A DNA stretch of 52,548 nt, filler included, from Basidiobolus ranarum (lineage: Eukaryota): the NCBI GenBank assembly GCA_040143965.1. It is 3 parts of 3 records of this genome, joined end to end, with 100 filler letters (N's around TTAATTAATTAA, not from the genome) between each part and the next. Parts side by side here need not be neighbours in the genome. Positions count along the whole stretch, not along the records: positions 17,619 to 35,050 come from JASJQH010007180.1; positions 35,151 to 52,548 come from JASJQH010007181.1; 1 more part is not named here. One strand, given 5' to 3'. The notes under the pieces were generated by a model that was given only the letters and a program-made list of their open reading frames with translations, was not told the DNA's origin and made no database searches. Both the position numbers and the translations under genes were made by a program. How positions within the stretch are numbered: the first letter of the stretch is position 1; each line of letters begins with the position of its first letter. Below are positions 26,126-37,562 of this stretch, one piece after another.

Positions 26126-26809
26126 ATGATGAAATCCTGGTTTTCTGCGTGGAGGGTTGCCCTTATGATCCAAGTATCACTTTTGGGCATTGTATGCGAG
26201 AAATTCGACAAACTTCAGCCATGGGGTCCAAATGAATATGGCTGTATGACAATGAAGGGGCCTACAGAGAACTCGAAGGTTGAAGCCAATGCTAGAGTTA
26301 ACATAGAGTGGAGTACATTGAGCTGTGGTGAGAAGATAGCTTCTGGTTTATTGGGATCATTTGACTTACGGTTGTACAACCATTTGAAAGAACCGAAAGA
26401 GCCCAGTAATTCTGAGGATCTGGTTGGATACGACTTGGCAGTCCTCATATCCGACTCTATCGATAACAATACCTCTAGTTATTCATGGAAAGTCCCCAGT
26501 ATTGATGATTCAAGTATTAATGAGAATCTATTCTTCATTAGAGTAGCAACTCAATATTTATCACATCCAAAGAAGCCAACACTGTTCGCCGTGGTTGGGC
26601 CTTTCTCCATACTAAAACCACAGAACAGTATATTACCTGAACTAGCTTCAAATACAGCATACGGCCCATCTAAGATTGAGCCGCCTAAAAATTCGTCGAA
26701 ACTAACCACCGTCCCACAAAAAAGTCCCAGCAGCTCCGTTTTCGAACTATTTGGCCCTAACTTGGTACTAGCTCCAATATTGATGATTGTCTGGTCATTA
26801 GTTGTATGA
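26126..26809 (+). CDS. Secreted/GPI-anchored protein with Kre9/Knh1-N-like (Ser-Thr-rich GPI family) domain
   Basis: Signal-like N-terminus from MMKSWF (alternative ATG at 26057), P...VNIEW, L.LY, SSYSWKVP, FFIRV, GPFSI, S/P-rich stalk and hydrophobic C-terminus. Confidence 0.75.
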   Translation: MMKSWFSAWRVALMIQVSLLGIVCEKFDKLQPWGPNEYGCMTMKGPTENSKVEANARVNIEWSTLSCGEKIASGLLGSFDLRLYNHLKEPKEPSNSEDLVGYDLAVLISDSIDNNTSSYSWKVPSIDDSSINENLFFIRVATQYLSHPKKPTLFAVVGPFSILKPQNSILPELASNTAYGPSKIEPPKNSSKLTTVPQKSPSSSVFELFGPNLVLAPILMIVWSLVV

Positions 26810-28937
26810 AACCACAACAGGAATGACCACTCACTGAGTAATTCCTTTTCGAAATAGTATAGTTATTACATAAATTATCAATGAGTTTTGAGACGTTAAT
26901 AAACATTAGGCTACTATCCTTTTACAAGGAAATGACTAGTTTGGAAATTGGTATTTTTATTCTAAAACTAGAAACTTGTGCATTGAAACCGGTTTTGTGT
27001 ATTCTTAAGGCTAGTTAGATAGTGAAGCGATTGTTTCACTTCATTAGTATCGTATTATAATCGCGTTTCAAGAGAGCGCGATTGCTTTGAACTCAACAGT
27101 TTCGTATTGATTTCAAATACGAGTTATTCTAAAGAGACACCTGATCGAAGCTACCTGATGTTGCTTGAAATTGAGTAATATGACGTGATGTTAGATCACA
27201 AGTGAATTAGCATAGGAACGTCCTGCGTTTTTCAAGCAGTAGAAGTTCTGTGTGGGGGAATACATAATAAGTCTTCTAATATTTCGATGTAACATTCGTA
27301 AATATGCATATGACTGATGGGTGCTGTATATTATGTGACCCGAAGAACAGCATTGCTTCGTAATCGCTAATTTGGTACATATGCAAAAATATACAGATAC
27401 CTGAGGCTTATCAAGAGTACAGGGTAATAAGCAATATGCTTTTTCAGGTGCAGTTTATTCAACAAAAAGTTCAAGGTTCAACCATACAATACACCCAAAA
27501 GTCAGCGTCTTCATGACATACGGTTACTACTACGGACTTCATTCAAGGAGACGCAATAGTTTACAATTGGGGATGCAGCCCCTAGTATAAGATACAATCA
27601 TAAATATCTTTGACTTGAACACCATGTTAAAATGAATCAAGCTATTGATGAAGTCAAGAACTCTAACACAGCAAGAACACCTTATTGTAGAGGTGTTGAC
27701 ATCATCGTAGACGAAAAGTATCACACATACGATAGGACCCGTGTGTCCTAACAATAGGTCCATGGCTCTCAAAATACCGAGTTGCATGTGTGCTTTTACT
27801 GTATAGGTCCTTGACTGCCAAACTTACACTGAATTTCCCCACTTTCCAGCAAGTTGAATTCCATATGACGCCCAGATTAGAGTTTGTAGGAAACCTATGG
27901 AGCTGAGGCGTCGAATAGTACTATATATTGATGCCAAAGTAAAAATCATCTTCGATCCGGATTGATTGGCAGGGCTTCAGCTAGGCAATATCCATATATG
28001 GTCGCATTGAATTTGAATTTCTAAGCCGAATTCAGTCCCTTACTTAGCAACATCTTTCTTTCAGATAACCGGAAAAGGGACATTTCTGGAGCTGGGGGTC
28101 GAAGTTTTGCCATGGTACATTCTGGAAATATAAACTGGTTCTTCAAAGCCCTTTGGATACAGGACTTAGTAGATAACTGCGTTAGCTTTTTATCTATAGT
28201 TTCATTGGTACACATTGACCAAGTCACTGCCCATTATGAACCAGATCTCACACACAATGAGATTTACCTGCTATCTCGATGGTCATGAGTGTACTTGTAG
28301 TTGTTGCAGGACTTTAAGGAGCGACTGGGTTAAGCAGTTGGCCACTATTATATAAACAGAACAAGAAAATTCATATTAGGAAGACTTACAGGACATCCAC
28401 GAGTGAAAATTTCAGATTCATTAGAATGCAAATTATAGTGTAGTAGCTCTACACATATTTTCGTCAGTGTGCTAAACTACTCACACTAAGCGATACATAG
28501 GTTGCTTACACTTGCTAATCGAGTACAGGTATTGCCTATATTGGCAATCTCCTTATTGGATTACGTAAATTTATCGATCTTATTTATAAGAGAAAGGAAA
28601 GTGTCGTCATCATTGAAAGGCCAAATCAATGAAGTACATGTGATCCGTCAAATAGCCTGCTCGAGTAAGTTATTTAATGGGAACTTACGTGATATGGCAC
28701 AATTAGAATTGGTAGATGCAATGGTAAATTGATGTAGATTTTTTAGAAATTCAATAGATACAAAAATAGGATTTATTCCTGATTTGTTTCATACTCTTTA
28801 GTGAGGCCTGTCAAACATTCAGGTTTCTATATGGTGAAGGTGGAAAATCTCCTTTCTACATATTTATCCTTTAATCATAACGTTGTCCTATATAGAAATA
28901 ATTTACAAGCTTTCCCGAGACGAAAATATAGAATATT

Positions 28938-30104
28938 ATGCAAACTTTTGTTCCTACTTTCAAGCGAGTAGTTCCCAAAATGAACTTGGCTCGTCAGCTT
29001 CAACTGAAAACAAAACTTCCGTTGAATGGACTTCATTTCTTCACTACTTTTATGGCAAATAATATACCACAAACAAAAAGTGAGTCTATTCCATCGAATG
29101 AACCTAGTAATCAGAGTCAAACAACAAGCGTGCCAACCATAAATTCAGTCGAGAATGGAGTTCCTCCAAATACCTATTATCGGCGTATGTTACCTTCTTG
29201 CTTAACTTCTTTTACTTCAGAAGAAGGAAAGAAAATTTTCAAGGAGAGTGTATTTCAAGGATATGCTGAGACATATTTTAGTTTAGCAAATAATTTTACA
29301 ACACAGTCCGAACCTGCGTGTACGTATTCTTGGTTTATCTCTAGCTTTTTCACTTTACTGACTCCATTTTCCTCTTTTATCTTCTTTTACATTATACTTT
29401 CTAGACTGTGGCCCCAGCTCATTAGCGATGGCGTTGAACGCACTCGAGATCGACCCTTCTAGACGGAGAAAAGGCAAAGCGCGTTGGTATAGTGATGAAC
29501 TCTTAGAGGGTTGTGCACCCAAGGAAGAAGTGAAAAGAAAGGGAATTACTTTTAACCAGTTTTATTGTAAGTTTTCTTTGAAGGTATATATTCAACTGCA
29601 CTATACTTATATCCCTTTAATACCTCATCGTTAAGGTCTTGCTGAGAGTCATTGCGACGTATTGGCAAAACGGGGAGATGAAGTTTCTTATGAGGAGTTC
29701 GTAGAGGATGTGAAACGAGTGAGCTCTAGCGTGACCGAGCATATGGTGATTTCATTTTCTAGAAAGACACTACAGCAAACTGGAGATGGTCATTTCTCTC
29801 CGCTCGGTGGCTACAATATCGAACGAAAATTGGCCTTGATCTTAGATGTCGCTCGGTAAAGACTTGCATATTTCCAAATACAACTTGTTGAATAAGTATA
29901 TATTAACACCCCCTCTTTAGGTTTAAATATCCGTGTTATTACGTTCCCATTGATATGCTTTATGAATCACTTAAACCGATAGACAAAACTACCGGCCAGT
30001 CTAGAGGGTATTTTCTGTTGAAGGCTAGTGAAGATTTAAAGAGTCGAAATTTCCTAGGCTCCTGTGGAGTAATGTGTGGATCGACAGGTTCTTGTCATAC
30101 GTGA
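28938..30104 (+). CDS. PCS: Phytochelatin synthase (catalytic domain only); exons 28938-29319, 29405-29566, 29636-29855, 29921-30104
   Basis: Spliced YYRRMLP, TQSEPAYCGPSSLAMALNALEIDP, QTGDGHFSPLGGY, LILDVARFKYP, D..TGQSRGY. The Cys-His-Asp triad is intact. Confidence 0.95.
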
Positions 30105-30916
30105 AATATGTGGCTCATATAGTCATTAGTGTGTACATACCCATAGCTTGTATTTAAAGTACTTCCCAGTCATACATGATATTACCTTACTCAAGTTCTC
30201 TTCAAGTATACATCCAATCTGTACTTTTTTTGATTGTTTCATAGCCATCCAAATATGCACTTGATATAAGAATATATTGTGTGTGAATAAAAGCAAACTA
30301 TCAACCATCTCATCGCAAACTCTGAGTGTTTGATACAAAGTAAGCTTTCTTACAAGGTGTGCACATCTAGCTCGGCTATTGAAGCTAGCGGGTGAACGAT
30401 ATGCCATGTCCATAAATGTGAGGTCTGGTAGCTTGAGTGCGATTTCCATAATCAGTAGTAAAGTCAGAGATGTCCATTTTTGTTCCGTTATAACCGCTAA
30501 TGGTAACTTTTTATCCTAAAGCATTTCTTAGTAGAAAATGCTTAAAGCTTAAGTTAGATGGTGACTGGAAGTTATGCCGTATGAAGGATCCCGGTTCTGG
30601 GCTCATCCCTTAACCATCAGAGTATTCCTCCCCAAGATTTATTGCCATGTAAAGGATAAAAGGCATTTGTTGGATCTTTCCCATTTGCACCAAATTAATG
30701 AAGTCCTGACTCTATTTATAGAGTGATCTCCAGAAAAAGGTAGCAATTTATTTAGACTAAACGAAAACCAACATGAGGATATGGTGAGAATAGACAGGTT
30801 AAGTGGCCTTTATTTCTTGTTTGAAATACAAAAGAAGCGACCAATTCCTTGTTTATATGTATGAAAAGTGAGTGTTCCACAGAACCAGAGTATTGACTGT
30901 TAAGAAGAATATTCTT

Positions 30917-32423
30917 TTAGAGAGATAGGTCCCAAACCACCAATTGACCATCCTTGGCGCAGGTTGAAATCTGATGAACATCTTTACGTACTCCAGAATA
31001 TGAGCGTATCTGAATAATAGAGTTTTGATGTGTGGTTTTAAGTTCAGTGGATTGGTTCGTTCCAGAAGAAGATCCACGGATATCCATTTGACGGAATTTG
31101 TTGAAGACCGAAGAGACTGCTTTTTCTTTACAATCCTGACCTTCATCCAAAGACTTCCCAAATTTCCAACCGTCAGCATCTCCTTGAAAAAGCACAGGGC
31201 AGCAGTCATGCCCAGCAGCAATCATCTTATCCTCGGCAGCCCAAATCATATTCAAATAAGGGAGATTCGCAGTACGAATATTAACTAGGTAATCATGGCC
31301 AGGGTACGCGATGGACAAACTAGCATCATGACCTTAGGAACCATACATTAGAGCAATTAGGGAGACCGTTTAAAGCATAACAAAGATTCTTTAATAAATA
31401 AAGGCCAAAATACTCACCTAACCATGCAATACCATCACCACTAGGCGAGAGTGCGACATCATGAATCCAACCACCACAAGGATTAGTAAATTCTCCGCAA
31501 AGTGTGTTGAATGAGAGTCTCTCTCCCCAAACACTAGGAACGGGCCTTTAAAAAAACTATTAAATTAATAAAGTCTTGCTTAAGCACGTAGGGTAGAAAG
31601 GTTTAAACTGACTTTTGATCCACTCCTTTGATATAGGCAGAGAAAACACGAGCCTATATAAACCAAGCATATGAGAATATAGAGTTTGTTTTCTATTTTA
31701 CTATATTAATTACCTTCATATCAGCAGAGCCAGCAGCCGAAAGAACATTATTAGGATGCCAGTCAAGGGATAACACAGTAGACATGATGGGCTTTTTGAT
31801 ATGCTTGGATACCCACCAATCATTATCTTCACCAAAATAACACACAGATATACGTCTGGATCCACTACCAACCGTGAATTTGTCCTCGAACGGACTCCAT
31901 TTGGCACAAGTTGCGGCACGATTCAGTCGGAGATGGACTAAAGTAGGTTTCCAACTCCCACCATCCAAATTTCACACATACGCATTCTTATCTTGAGAGC
32001 AGGTGACAATACGATTGGATTCAGGTGCCCAATAAATACTCGTCACAAGTAAAGCATGCTAAAATATTTCAATTAAAGCTTGATATTAATGCTACTTCTT
32101 GGTCAACACAAAGCCAAAACCCTTCAAGAAACCGATACTAAGTGCAAAATGATTACCTCAGTTAACGTATGAGTCTGGGCCCACTAACTTCCCTCTTTTT
32201 TACAAATATGAACAATATTGGTATTAGGGCATATAGCGAGCTCTAAAGTAATACAAAAGCTATCAGAAATGGTATATATGTTGCATATTTTTGGTAGATA
32301 ACACAAAGGTATAATGAGAATGAAGTTCGTTGGTTTGTTTACGAAAGTGATTTACATACGATTTTTGTTAAATGCGTGACAATTCACAGGGAAAAGAAAA
32401 GTGTACGAATTGGGTGTCGTCAT
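30917..32423 (-). pseudogene. ARPC1: Arp2/3 complex subunit 1 (ARPC1/Arc40) pseudogene
   Basis: [77 protein letters not shown]. In-frame TAG (32184-32186) and TGA at a conserved Trp (31972-31974). Confidence 0.88.
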
Positions 32424-32849
32424 CGGTGTTTTTGAAAGTTATAATGCAAATAAATAATTAAAGAGTTGTAGGACAAGGTGCTAGAATAGCTGCTGAATGC
32501 TCTAGCAGCCAGACGATGATATTGTTGATTTGTAGATGCTTAAATTGTTACGTAGAGTTAGCGTAAGTTAGGGTTATGAATAACAAACTTGCATGATTTC
32601 AATCAAATCTACATCGAATTTGAAAATGCCCTGTAGGCTCTTATGCCAGCCAATCTGTCTCATGTAGGGCTAGATAGAACCATCAAAGTAACAAAAAAAT
32701 ATATCCCCGCTAAGCCGTCAGAGAGAATAATGATTCGAGGTTTCCCGAGTTTGAGGTATATATGGCCCGAAGTGGCTTGTGAGATTGTTGTACTTGAACT
32801 GGAGCTATGGCTAACCCTCAATACAACCGCCCAACAGGTAGAAGTATCT

Positions 32850-33452
32850 CCCAAGAACTCAGGTGCAGATTAAACCCTGCAATAGAAAAAACCTAAGTCG
32901 AAACCTGATAATTTAACATTACATACCTGACGATTAACAGAGCATTATTGAGGCTTTGCTCTACCATCATCGTTTAACAATAAAGATAACCAGCGTATCG
33001 ACAGTGCTAAGTTATCCATTCAAAGAAGGACCTTTCGAGCATCGTTTTGACACATCACAAGTCTCAACTCCCTCTCAACGTACCCAATTTAACCGAAATA
33101 CCAAGAGTTTGGAAAGTGGTCTATAACTTGGCTGCATTTCGTTCTGATGCTCTTATAAACAAAGAGGCACTCGCATAGTTTTGTCAAATCATCGTATTTG
33201 ATGCCTGCAGATGTATCCCGAATACCGCAGTTCCATAACAATGGCTTCTTATCTTCACAGTAAATAGCCACTGCATAATCACTGGTGTAAGGCCTCATCC
33301 CAAATCTACTGTCGTCATCGATGCTGAAACACTTCCGCTATATTAATAATTACGGAAGTGAATCTCTAATCTGTGCAACGTAGATCATACCTCCATCACC
33401 CTAGATTTCAGTCGCTAGATGCTCGAGAGAAAGTGAATGCTTCTTAGTCATG
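32850..33452 (-). pseudogene. Probable heavily degraded Rho/Cdc42-like small GTPase relic
   Basis: Fragments GDG (P-loop, at a GTATGA donor), DYAV, DTSAGIKYDDL (compare DTAGQEDYDRL) and VIDHFPN occur in the expected order. GT-AG introns are still visible (e.g. 32926-32877). Several stops. Confidence 0.45.
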
Positions 33453-34267
33453 TGTGACCAACAGTAGCGTAAAGATGAGATGAGGATAAAAACTGATAAA
33501 TACGACAACCATGCCCTTATAAATTGCTTCTCTCCAGAGGTATAGATACCAGCTATCACATGACCCGCCTTGAGCCTAGCAATCTGGGCGCCACACCCAT
33601 TTGTGTGAGAACTGATTGTCTGAATGATTCAGTGGGAACTCTACTCTATATCTATACTAGTGCATGTCTTCGTTTTATCTAGTGGCACCTATATAGCTCA
33701 AGAGTCTTCAAAGCGCATCCTACAAACCATGAAGCATATCAACCAGTGAGAAGCAAAATCATTAGAGTAGATCCTCAAATGAACTGTCTGCTGTGAGACC
33801 CAGCACGCGCAGTTCATTAGGGCTGAGTGACTCGAGTGAAAAGTGTAGTATGCTTGAGACATGGTCAAGACATAGGACCATTCATTGTGTCATTCCTCTT
33901 CATGTAATTAAAGGTGCAAGATATTGCTTTCTGCTTTGAAAAATCCTTAAGCATTGCCGAAATAGGAAAGCTACCGAATCCTTACATGGTGCCAGCCTGT
34001 CTCACTAAAATCGGTTCGGGAAGTCTCAGTATTCCCATCTAGCCAACCAAACTTGACTAGATCTCGGAAAGTAGACAGTGTCTGAATCGGAGTGGGTGAT
34101 AATTGATCTAAAAGAAAGATTATCGAAATGCACTCAATCAAAACTGCGCACCACCCCCATGGTCATATAAAACCATAGAATGTCTCAAATACGTTTTCAA
34201 GTGTGCTGTTATATCTTCCCGGTGATTATTTGTTCAATTTTAAGCTCTATTCTCCATCTATATCAAC

Positions 34268-35050
34268 ATGTCTGAAGCACCTATTAACGCCCCCATTAGA
34301 ACCTCCGTCCTTAACGACGCTTTCAATACTTATGGTGGTTACTTGAACCGTTACCCTCTTCGTACTAAGGCTGTCACCTCTGGTGTCCTCCATGGTTTGC
34401 AAGAAATCATATCTATGAAGATCGCAGAGTCCATTGCCAAGAAAGAGAATCCTCAAGCTTTTGTTGGTGCTGCGGGTGAAAAGAACAAGTTCTTGGTTGC
34501 CAACTACTCCAAAATTTGGAAAATGGTTTTATATGGTGCGTACTTGGAATGAGTCAAGGAGAATACTTTGAAGACATTCCATTTGCTTTTTATTACTGTT
34601 TGCCTGTAGAACATTATAAGCTAAACCGTACTCTTTAAATCTTCTTAGGTCTTATCCTCAACGGTCCTATCAACCACTACGGTTATGCACTTCTCGCCAA
34701 ATTTTTCGCCGGGAAGAAGGGACGCCTTAACCTTGCCCTTCAGTTAATTGTCGCCAATATTACTATCACCCCTATTATCAACGCGGGTAATTATTGTTAT
34801 ATTTTTGATTTCCATACATGATATACTCACAAAAATTTCCAAAACAGTCTTCTTGGCCTCAATGGCTGTGATCGCTGGTATCACTGACCCTAAGCAAATC
34901 GCTAACAACGTTAAGCGTGGATTCTGGGGAGTAATCAAGAAGAGTTGGATCATTTCCCCTACCATTCAATTCATTGCCAACAAAACCTTGCCTTTGAACA
35001 TGTGGGTTCCCTTCTTCAACGTTGTCTTCTTCGTTTTCGGTACCTATGTC
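34268..35050 (+). CDS. Mpv17/PMP22 family peroxisomal membrane protein, 3' end lost in gap; exons 34268-34535, 34649-34786, 34848->35050
   Basis: Y...LNRYPLRTKAVTSGVL, KMVLYGLILNGPINHY, ANITITPIIN, SWIISPTIQFIA...LP...WVPFFNVVFFVFGTY. Confidence 0.92.
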
Positions 35051-35150
35051 NNNNNNNNNNNNNNNNNNNNNNNNNNNNNNNNNNNNNNNNNNNNTTAATT
35101 AATTAANNNNNNNNNNNNNNNNNNNNNNNNNNNNNNNNNNNNNNNNNNNN
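35051..35150. other. Assembly spacer (100 nt) with artificial six-frame stop linker
   Basis: N44-TTAATTAATTAA-N44. Confidence 0.97.
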
Positions 35151-35708
35151 CATGGATGGGTCTTGTCTATTGAAAGGAACATTTCCAAATTGACGCATAG
35201 ATGGGTCTTGTCAATTGAAAGGAACATTTCCAAATTGGCGCATGGACGTGCTTTGTCTGTTGATAGGATCATTACCAAATTGACGCATGGACGGGACTTG
35301 TCTGTTGAAAGGAACATTTCCAAACTGGCGCATGGATGGGTCTTGTCTATTGAAAGGAACATTGCCAAATTGACGCATAGATGGGTCTTGTCCATTGAAA
35401 GGAACATTGCCAAATTGGCGCATGGAAGAGCTTTGTGTGTTGGAAGGAGCATTCCCAAATTGACGCATGGACGGGACTTGTCTGTTAAAAGGAACATTTC
35501 CAAACTGGCGCATAGATGGGTCTTGTCTATTGAAAGGAACATTGCCAAATTGGCGCATAGATGGGTCTTGTCTATAGAAAGGAACATTTCCAAACTGGCG
35601 CATGGATGGGTCTTGTCTGTTGAAAGGATCATTTCTAAACTGGCGCATGGATGGGTCTTGTCTGTTGAAAGGATCATTTCCAAATTGGCGCATGGGTGAA
35701 TCTGGTCT
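35151..35708 (-). repeat. 45-bp coding tandem repeat, at least 12 copies, running into the gap
   Basis: Unit approximately AGACAAGACCCATCYATGCGYCAATTTGGMAATGTTCCTTTCAAY on the minus strand. Confidence 0.95.
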
Positions 35709-35909
35709 GTTGTAAAGTGCTGTTGCAAGAGGTGTTTGAGCTGGCATGTTGTAAAGTTGATCATCAGACGTGGTAATATCAGTAAGAACGGTTGACACTG
35801 GAGACGTAGATGACCGTGAGACTGACTCTATCACATTTAATGATTGTGGGTAGCCGATGACAACCGTCGTGGCTGCTACGACTAGCAAAAATTTGGCAGT
35901 AACATGCAT
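35211..35909 (-). CDS. Secreted tandem-repeat protein / putative peptide precursor (RQDPSMRQFGNVPFN x11 before the stop)
   Basis: TATAAAA ~35 nt upstream of ATG 35909, signal peptide MHVTAKFLLVVAATTVVIG, S/T-rich pro-region, then repeats. Many repeat differences are at third codon positions in this frame. Confidence 0.8.
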   Translation of the reverse strand: MHVTAKFLLVVAATTVVIGYPQSLNVIESVSRSSTSPVSTVLTDITTSDDQLYNMPAQTPLATALYNRPDSPMRQFGNDPFNRQDPSMRQFRNDPFNRQDPSMRQFGNVPFYRQDPSMRQFGNVPFNRQDPSMRQFGNVPFNRQVPSMRQFGNAPSNTQSSSMRQFGNVPFNGQDPSMRQFGNVPFNRQDPSMRQFGNVPFNRQVPSMRQFGNDPINRQSTSMRQFGNVPFN

Positions 35910-36919
35910 TGTTAAATAAACCTTCATCTGTGATTGACGGCTTTTATAGTTTTTGGACGACTCCACTATTATTACAGATGTAGTATTGATAACTAGAAAA
36001 CTCGAATTGGATGACTGTATTTAGTTAGAAAAAGCCACCGCTAAGAATGTTCCACTCATAAAATAAATGACAAGAATGTTCCACCTGAAATTGATCAGTA
36101 TTCTCCAACATGGATAACTGCACTTCATGCTACCGACGATTATTCGATATAATGGATTTTCACCAACTGGATGATACTAAGGGAGCATCACTAACTGGAT
36201 AATAAGAACATGTGGTATGTATATATAAATATATACATTCCCAATACGATCGCTTTTGGATGCGCATGCTCAATTTCTCTAGGTATCTTATTGGCCGATC
36301 TCAGCTTCCTACGTCATCTCAATTTAGTATCACTTAGTTGGCCAATCCACAACCATACAACTTCCAAATAAGGAACTGTGTAAACTGTTCTTCAGAGCGT
36401 TCATGTCGAGGTTCATCGTTTCCGTGAGCTCTAGTCAGTAAAAGTCCAATTCTTGATTTATGTTTTAGTTATAAATGGGCCACTATAACACATTTACTAA
36501 TCACTAACATCATACCATATTTCATATGATTTTCACTAAACGGTGAAGATTTTACTTTAAGTTAGTTGGAGTGAAAAATTGTGGTTATAATGCGCTTCTC
36601 AACTGTCCACGAGGTAGGGGAAACACATCTTTCTGCTAGCTGACCCTTATGATATCAACCACTATCTTTGTGTAGTAACACCTCACTAAGCATATGATTA
36701 TAGCGGTGGTTAATTAGGAACTACCTGAATACCAAAAATGATCAATTTATAGTCAGAGTACTAAGCTAGCAAAAGAGTTTGGGAGATCCTACAACAAAAA
36801 TCTCAATCTAATACACAGAAAAGCGATTAAATCCTCTTCCGATACGTGAATATTTGAATCTTATTTATTGAGCAGTTAATAAATAACTAGACTGCAGCTT
36901 CTTCGCTACACAAACACGA

Positions 36920-37562
36920 TCAATCATGCCAGATAAAGCTAATTCCACTACCAATTTTAAAAGTAACGAAGGTCTTGACGTAGGGACCACCATTGTAGTT
37001 ATAATCACTGGTATAAACGTCTCCGTTAGATTCGATACTTTCAACAACAGCTACATGTCCATCACTCCCAACACCCTGAACCCCAGGCTGCAGAGCAATA
37101 ATTGATGGAGATTTAGCCTGATTCGAGACAGTCCATCCAGGAGAGTTACGAGCAGAAGAGGGCCAAGTCAGCGCATTGTCTGACCAATCCACATGATAGC
37201 CAGTGAGCCCAATCAGTATATTGCCCATTGTTAAAGCGAAATTGGAGAGCACCTGTGGACCCTTGTGTATTACCCTTGCTGTTGCTATTTGCACTTCTTT
37301 TACTTTTGTCATTGTTGTAACTCCCACTGCTCGCTTTGCTGTGGCCATTAGAGCTTTTACCTGACTGGCTTTCTTGATAGTGATTCCCTGTGGTTTTCCG
37401 ATCTCTCCTTGAGAGTTTAGTGCGGATAAGGCTGGGTTGGTGAGTTTTTAATGCAGTCGCAATTCCTGAGTCCAGACTTTTCCCATCATATGATGGTAAA
37501 GGATGCACCATGAAGTTATGGATCCAGATGGATATAATGAGGAAACAAGTAAAAGATTTCAT
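36920..37562 (-). pseudogene. Secreted CHAP-domain (cysteine/histidine amidohydrolase-peptidase) gene, frameshifted, catalytic Cys replaced by Tyr
   Basis: Signal peptide MKSFTCFLIISIWI, S/G/N/K linker, GQYTDW (canonical GQCT.W), frameshift at ~37208, then W.DNA..W...A...GWTV and GHVAVVE. No introns. Confidence 0.85.

Noticed and set aside
31972-31974. Genome-wide reassignment of TGA to Trp or another sense codon
   Set aside because: TGA terminates intact genes here (PCS, APSES, OSCA), TGG is used for Trp, and the affected loci carry other lesions.
35151-35708. CRISPR-like array, and the alternative ORFs 35099-35764 (-) and 35163-35699 (+)
   Set aside because: The repeats are head-to-tail with no unique spacers. 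The alternative frames are open only because the 45-bp unit lacks stops, and they have no signal peptide or promoter context.
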